A stretch of DNA of 64,000 nucleotides from positions 36,939 to 100,938 of the forward strand of contig CAWCXU010000013.1 of the NCBI GenBank assembly GCA_963799625.1, written 5' to 3'. The translations under genes were made by a program, and so were the position numbers. The notes beneath the pieces are model-generated. The model worked only from the letters and a program-made list of their open reading frames with translations. It ran no database searches and was not told the DNA's origin. The DNA comes from an uncultured Actinomycetes bacterium (GTDB taxonomy: Bacteria; Actinomycetota; UBA4738; HRBIN12). Shown piece by piece: positions 60,690-64,000 of this stretch; positions within the stretch are counted from its first letter, which is position 1, and every line of letters begins with the position of its first letter.

Positions 60690-63600
60690 GTGACCTGCCC
60701 AACCTGTGGGAACGAGAACCCCGAGGGCGCGCGGTTCTGCAACGCGTGCGGCACGCAGCTGGACGCCGGCGCCGCCCCCGATCTCGACCGGTTCCTGCCG
60801 AAGGAGATGCTGGCCAAGCTCGAGGCCGCCCGCGCCGGCCGCGCGATGGAGGGCGAGCGCCGCACCGTCACGATGCTGTTCTGCGACGTCAAAGGCTCGA
60901 CCGCGATGGCCGAGACGATGGATCCCGAGGACTGGACCGAGATCATGAACGGCGCCTTCGAGCGCCTGATCGCGCCGGTCTACCGGTACGAGGGCACCCT
61001 GGCCCGGCTGATGGGCGACGCGATCTTCGCGTTCTTCGGCGCACCGATCGCGCACGAGGACGACCCGCAGCGCGCGGTCGGAGCCGGCCTGGACATCATC
61101 TCGGGGATCGCCTCCTATAAGGAGGACGTGCGCGCGCGGCACGGGCTCGACCTGGACGTCCGCGTCGGCATCCACACCGGCCCGGTGATGGTCGGGCAGG
61201 TCGGGTCGGACCTTCGGCTCGAGTACACCGCGATGGGCGACGCGGTGAACGTCGCCGCCCGGATGGAACAGACCGCCGAGCCCGGCACCGTCCAGATCAC
61301 CGCCGAGACCTACCCACTGGTCGAGTCGCTGTTCGACGTCGAAGCCCGCGGCCCGATCGACGTGAAGGGCAAGGCCGAGCCGGTCGTGGCGTATACGGTC
61401 CTGCGCCGCCGCCACGCGCACGGTGCGGCGCGCCACATGCGTGACTCGCCGCTGGTCGGCCGCGAACGCGAGCTCGACGAGCTCACCCGCGCCATCGAGG
61501 AAGCGCAAGCGGGGGGCGGCCGCATCGTCTCGATCGTCGGTGAGGCCGGGCTCGGCAAGTCGCGCCTGATCGCCGAGACGCGCTCGGAATGGGACCGGCG
61601 CATGCCGGACGCACACGACGCCGACGAGCTCCACCGGGCGTGGGAGGTCTGGCAGTGCGTCTCGTACGACGCGACCCGCCCCTACTCCCAGTACCGGCGG
61701 CGAGTGGCCGGGGTCGCCGGGATCAACGACACCGATCCACCCGATGTGGTCCGGACCAAGCTCGCCGGCACGATGGAGCACGGCTGGGACGACTGGCTCG
61801 ATCCGCACATGCGCGTGTGGCGCTCGCTGTTCGGCGTGACCGAGCCCGGAGAGGAGTCGCTCGAGGGTGAGGCATTCCGCGACGCGATCACCGAGCTCGT
61901 CACGTCGTCGACCCGGGCGTTCGGCGAAGGCGCACCGCGCATGCTCATCTTCGAGGACCTGCACTGGTGCGACGAGGCGTCGATGGACATCCTGATCGAG
62001 ACGGCCAAGTTGGTCGACGAGCTGCCCAGCCTCTTCGTGTTCGCCTTCCGCCCGGACAGAGGAGCGCCCTCGTGGCGCCTGAAGCAGTGGCTCGAGACCG
62101 AGTACCCCCACCGTTCAACCGAGCTCACGCTGACGTCGCTGTCCGCCGACGAGAGCGAGCGACTGATCGACGCGCTGATCCCGGACGAGGCCGCGGACGT
62201 CCGCGCGCAGATCCTTTCGCGTACCGACGGGAACCCGCTGTTCCTCGAAGAGGTGACGGCCGCGGTGCACGAACACCAGGTCGACATGGCGATCCCGACC
62301 ACGCTCCAAGCGCTGTTCACCGCCCGGCTCGACGCGCTGGACGAGCAGCCGAAACACACGCTCCAGCTCGCGTCGGTGATCGGACCATCGTTCACCGAGC
62401 CGGTGCTCCGGGCGGTGTCGGGCGACGACGTGACGGGCTCGATCCGGACCCTTGAACGAGCCGGCTTGATCGTCGAGACCGCGCGCACACCCGAGCGGGA
62501 GTACGCGTTCCGGCACAGCCTCACCCAGGACGCGACCTACGGGACGATCCTGCTCCGGCGGCGCCGAGAGCTCCATCGGCGCGTCGCCGAGGTGTTCGAG
62601 GAGCTGTACGCGAACCGGATCGAGTCCTCCGCTCCGCTGCTCGCGCATCACGCGCGCGAGGGCGGCGACGACGAGCGAACGCTCCGCTACGCGTCACTCG
62701 CAGCCGAGGCCGACGCGCGGCTGTACGCGAACGCCGAGACGGTGACCCACGCGACGTGGGCGATCGAAGCCGCGAACCGGCTCGGTCGCACCGATGTCGC
62801 GGACCTCTACCGGACACGAGGCCGTGGGCTCGAGCTGTCCGGTCGGTTCGTCGAGGCGGTCGAGAACTACGTGGAGATGGAGAAGGTGGCGGAGGCGAGC
62901 GGCGCGAAAGCCGAGGCGCTCGCCGCCGACCTCGCGCTCACCACCCTGTACGCGACGCCGACCCCAGTGTTCGACGCGGTTGCCGGCCGGGCACTGTGCG
63001 AGCGGACGATCGCGCTGGCGCGCGAGCTCGGCGACCGCGCGGCGGAGTCCAAGGCGCTGTGGAACCTGATGACGCTCAACACCTTCAGCGGCGGCGATCC
63101 GAACGAGGCGGTGCAGGCGGGCGAGCAGTCGCTCGCGATCGCGCGCGAGCTCGGTGCGCGCGACTTGATGGCGTTCACGCTGAACGACCTGTGGCGACCC
63201 TACTCGGCGTTGGGCGACCTCAAGGCCGCCCGCGCCGGCCTGGAGGAAGCCCGACCGCTCTGGCAGGAGCTCGAGAACCTGCCGATGTACTGCGAGAACC
63301 TCTCGAGCACGAGCGCCTTGCTCGCGCTCGCCGGCGACAACGCGGAAGCATTGGCCCTGAGCGACGAGTCGCGCCGGATCGCGGCCGAGATCGGGAACCC
63401 GTGGGGACAGTCGTACAGCCTGTTGAACAGTTACCACATCGACGCGTCCCAGGGGAACATCGGGCGCACGCTGGCCAAGATGCACGAGTGCATCGAGTGC
63501 GCCGAGAGATCGGGGTTCATGATCCCCCTTGCCGCCACCCGCGCCGACATGGGTGTGCTGTACGCGAACCTAGGCCAGGTCGAGCGTGGCACCCAGCTCG

Positions 63601-64000
63601 CTGCGGAGGGCCTCACCGCTGCCGAGAACCTGAACGCGCTCGCGATCCCGCTCGTGCTGGCATCGGTGGCCGAGGTCCACCTGCTCGCGGGACGGCTCGA
63701 CGACGCGCTCACCGCGATCGAGGGGAGCATCACCGACAGACTCCCCGGTCTGTTGTCCTTCTCGGCGGCGGCCAACGCACAGATCCTGAAGGGGCGACTC
63801 GCGGCGATCCGTGGCGACCACGCCCAGGCCGTCGACGTCGCCGATCGCGTCCTGGCCTGGCTCCGGCCACTGGACGTTCGGCCCTACGATCCCGCAGCGC
63901 TGCTCTTGAAGGGCACGTCGTTGGCCGCGCTCGGGAGGCCGGACGAAGCGGAGCGCATCCTGCTCGAGGCCCGGAAGTCCGCCGAGCAGCTCGGGTTCGC
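60690..64000 (+). CDS. Zn-ribbon + class III cyclase + AAA + TPR protein (runs off window, absent from ORF track)
   Basis: GTG start MTCPTCGNENPEGARFCNACG; FCDVKGST, GDAVNVAARME; GEAGLGKS; FEDLHW; GNPLF. Confidence 0.9.
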   Translation, partial: MTCPTCGNENPEGARFCNACGTQLDAGAAPDLDRFLPKEMLAKLEAARAGRAMEGERRTVTMLFCDVKGSTAMAETMDPEDWTEIMNGAFERLIAPVYRYEGTLARLMGDAIFAFFGAPIAHEDDPQRAVGAGLDIISGIASYKEDVRARHGLDLDVRVGIHTGPVMVGQVGSDLRLEYTAMGDAVNVAARMEQTAEPGTVQITAETYPLVESLFDVEARGPIDVKGKAEPVVAYTVLRRRHAHGAARHMRDSPLVGRERELDELTRAIEEAQAGGGRIVSIVGEAGLGKSRLIAETRSEWDRRMPDAHDADELHRAWEVWQCVSYDATRPYSQYRRRVAGVAGINDTDPPDVVRTKLAGTMEHGWDDWLDPHMRVWRSLFGVTEPGEESLEGEAFRDAITELVTSSTRAFGEGAPRMLIFEDLHWCDEASMDILIETAKLVDELPSLFVFAFRPDRGAPSWRLKQWLETEYPHRSTELTLTSLSADESERLIDALIPDEAADVRAQILSRTDGNPLFLEEVTAAVHEHQVDMAIPTTLQALFTARLDALDEQPKHTLQLASVIGPSFTEPVLRAVSGDDVTGSIRTLERAGLIVETARTPEREYAFRHSLTQDATYGTILLRRRRELHRRVAEVFEELYANRIESSAPLLAHHAREGGDDERTLRYASLAAEADARLYANAETVTHATWAIEAANRLGRTDVADLYRTRGRGLELSGRFVEAVENYVEMEKVAEASGAKAEALAADLALTTLYATPTPVFDAVAGRALCERTIALARELGDRAAESKALWNLMTLNTFSGGDPNEAVQAGEQSLAIARELGARDLMAFTLNDLWRPYSALGDLKAARAGLEEARPLWQELENLPMYCENLSSTSALLALAGDNAEALALSDESRRIAAEIGNPWGQSYSLLNSYHIDASQGNIGRTLAKMHECIECAERSGFMIPLAATRADMGVLYANLGQVERGTQLAAEGLTAAENLNALAIPLVLASVAEVHLLAGRLDDALTAIEGSITDRLPGLLSFSAAANAQILKGRLAAIRGDHAQAVDVADRVLAWLRPLDVRPYDPAALLLKGTSLAALGRPDEAERILLEARKSAEQLGF

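Noticed and set aside
13147-62111. Long antisense or overlapping ORFs (e.g. 13147-14877, 34937-36517, 56863-58455, 60393-62111)
   Set aside because: Shadow ORFs of high-GC coding sequence; Arg/Gly/Val-rich with no motifs.

Overview
High-GC window with Actinomycetota-like gene content (SARP/BTAD regulator, Hanks kinase with a YVTN propeller, STAND-type class III cyclases, ANTAR regulator, LLM oxidoreductase, leaderless starts). It is probably an uncultured-lineage long-read assembly, because about 14 otherwise normal genes carry frameshifts. I found about 60 CDS and no rRNA, tRNA, CRISPR array, transposase or integrase. The main blocks are: hydrolases (1-8.5 kb); a CDGSH/AKR pair and a STAND cyclase (10.7-15.5 kb); a SARP-USP / orphan solute-binding protein / Ser-Thr kinase / NHL signalling block (20.8-26.9 kb); a GntR-controlled Dpp-type ABC sugar-catabolism operon with a duplicated ACTGGTC operator and a nearby GH2 exo-beta-glucosaminidase (28.7-42.3 kb); an ANTAR/STAS/Zn-protein/USP cluster (50.7-52.9 kb); and a cyclase-rich end (54.6-64 kb). 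The most interesting unexplained signals are a candidate three-way-junction ncRNA with a terminator-like hairpin at 42.4-42.5 kb (minus strand), a 39-bp palindromic element repeated 55 kb apart, permease-less binding proteins translationally coupled to signalling enzymes, a His-to-Cys CDGSH motif and a rhodanese/aldolase chimera. All calls come from reading motifs by eye; no searches were run.
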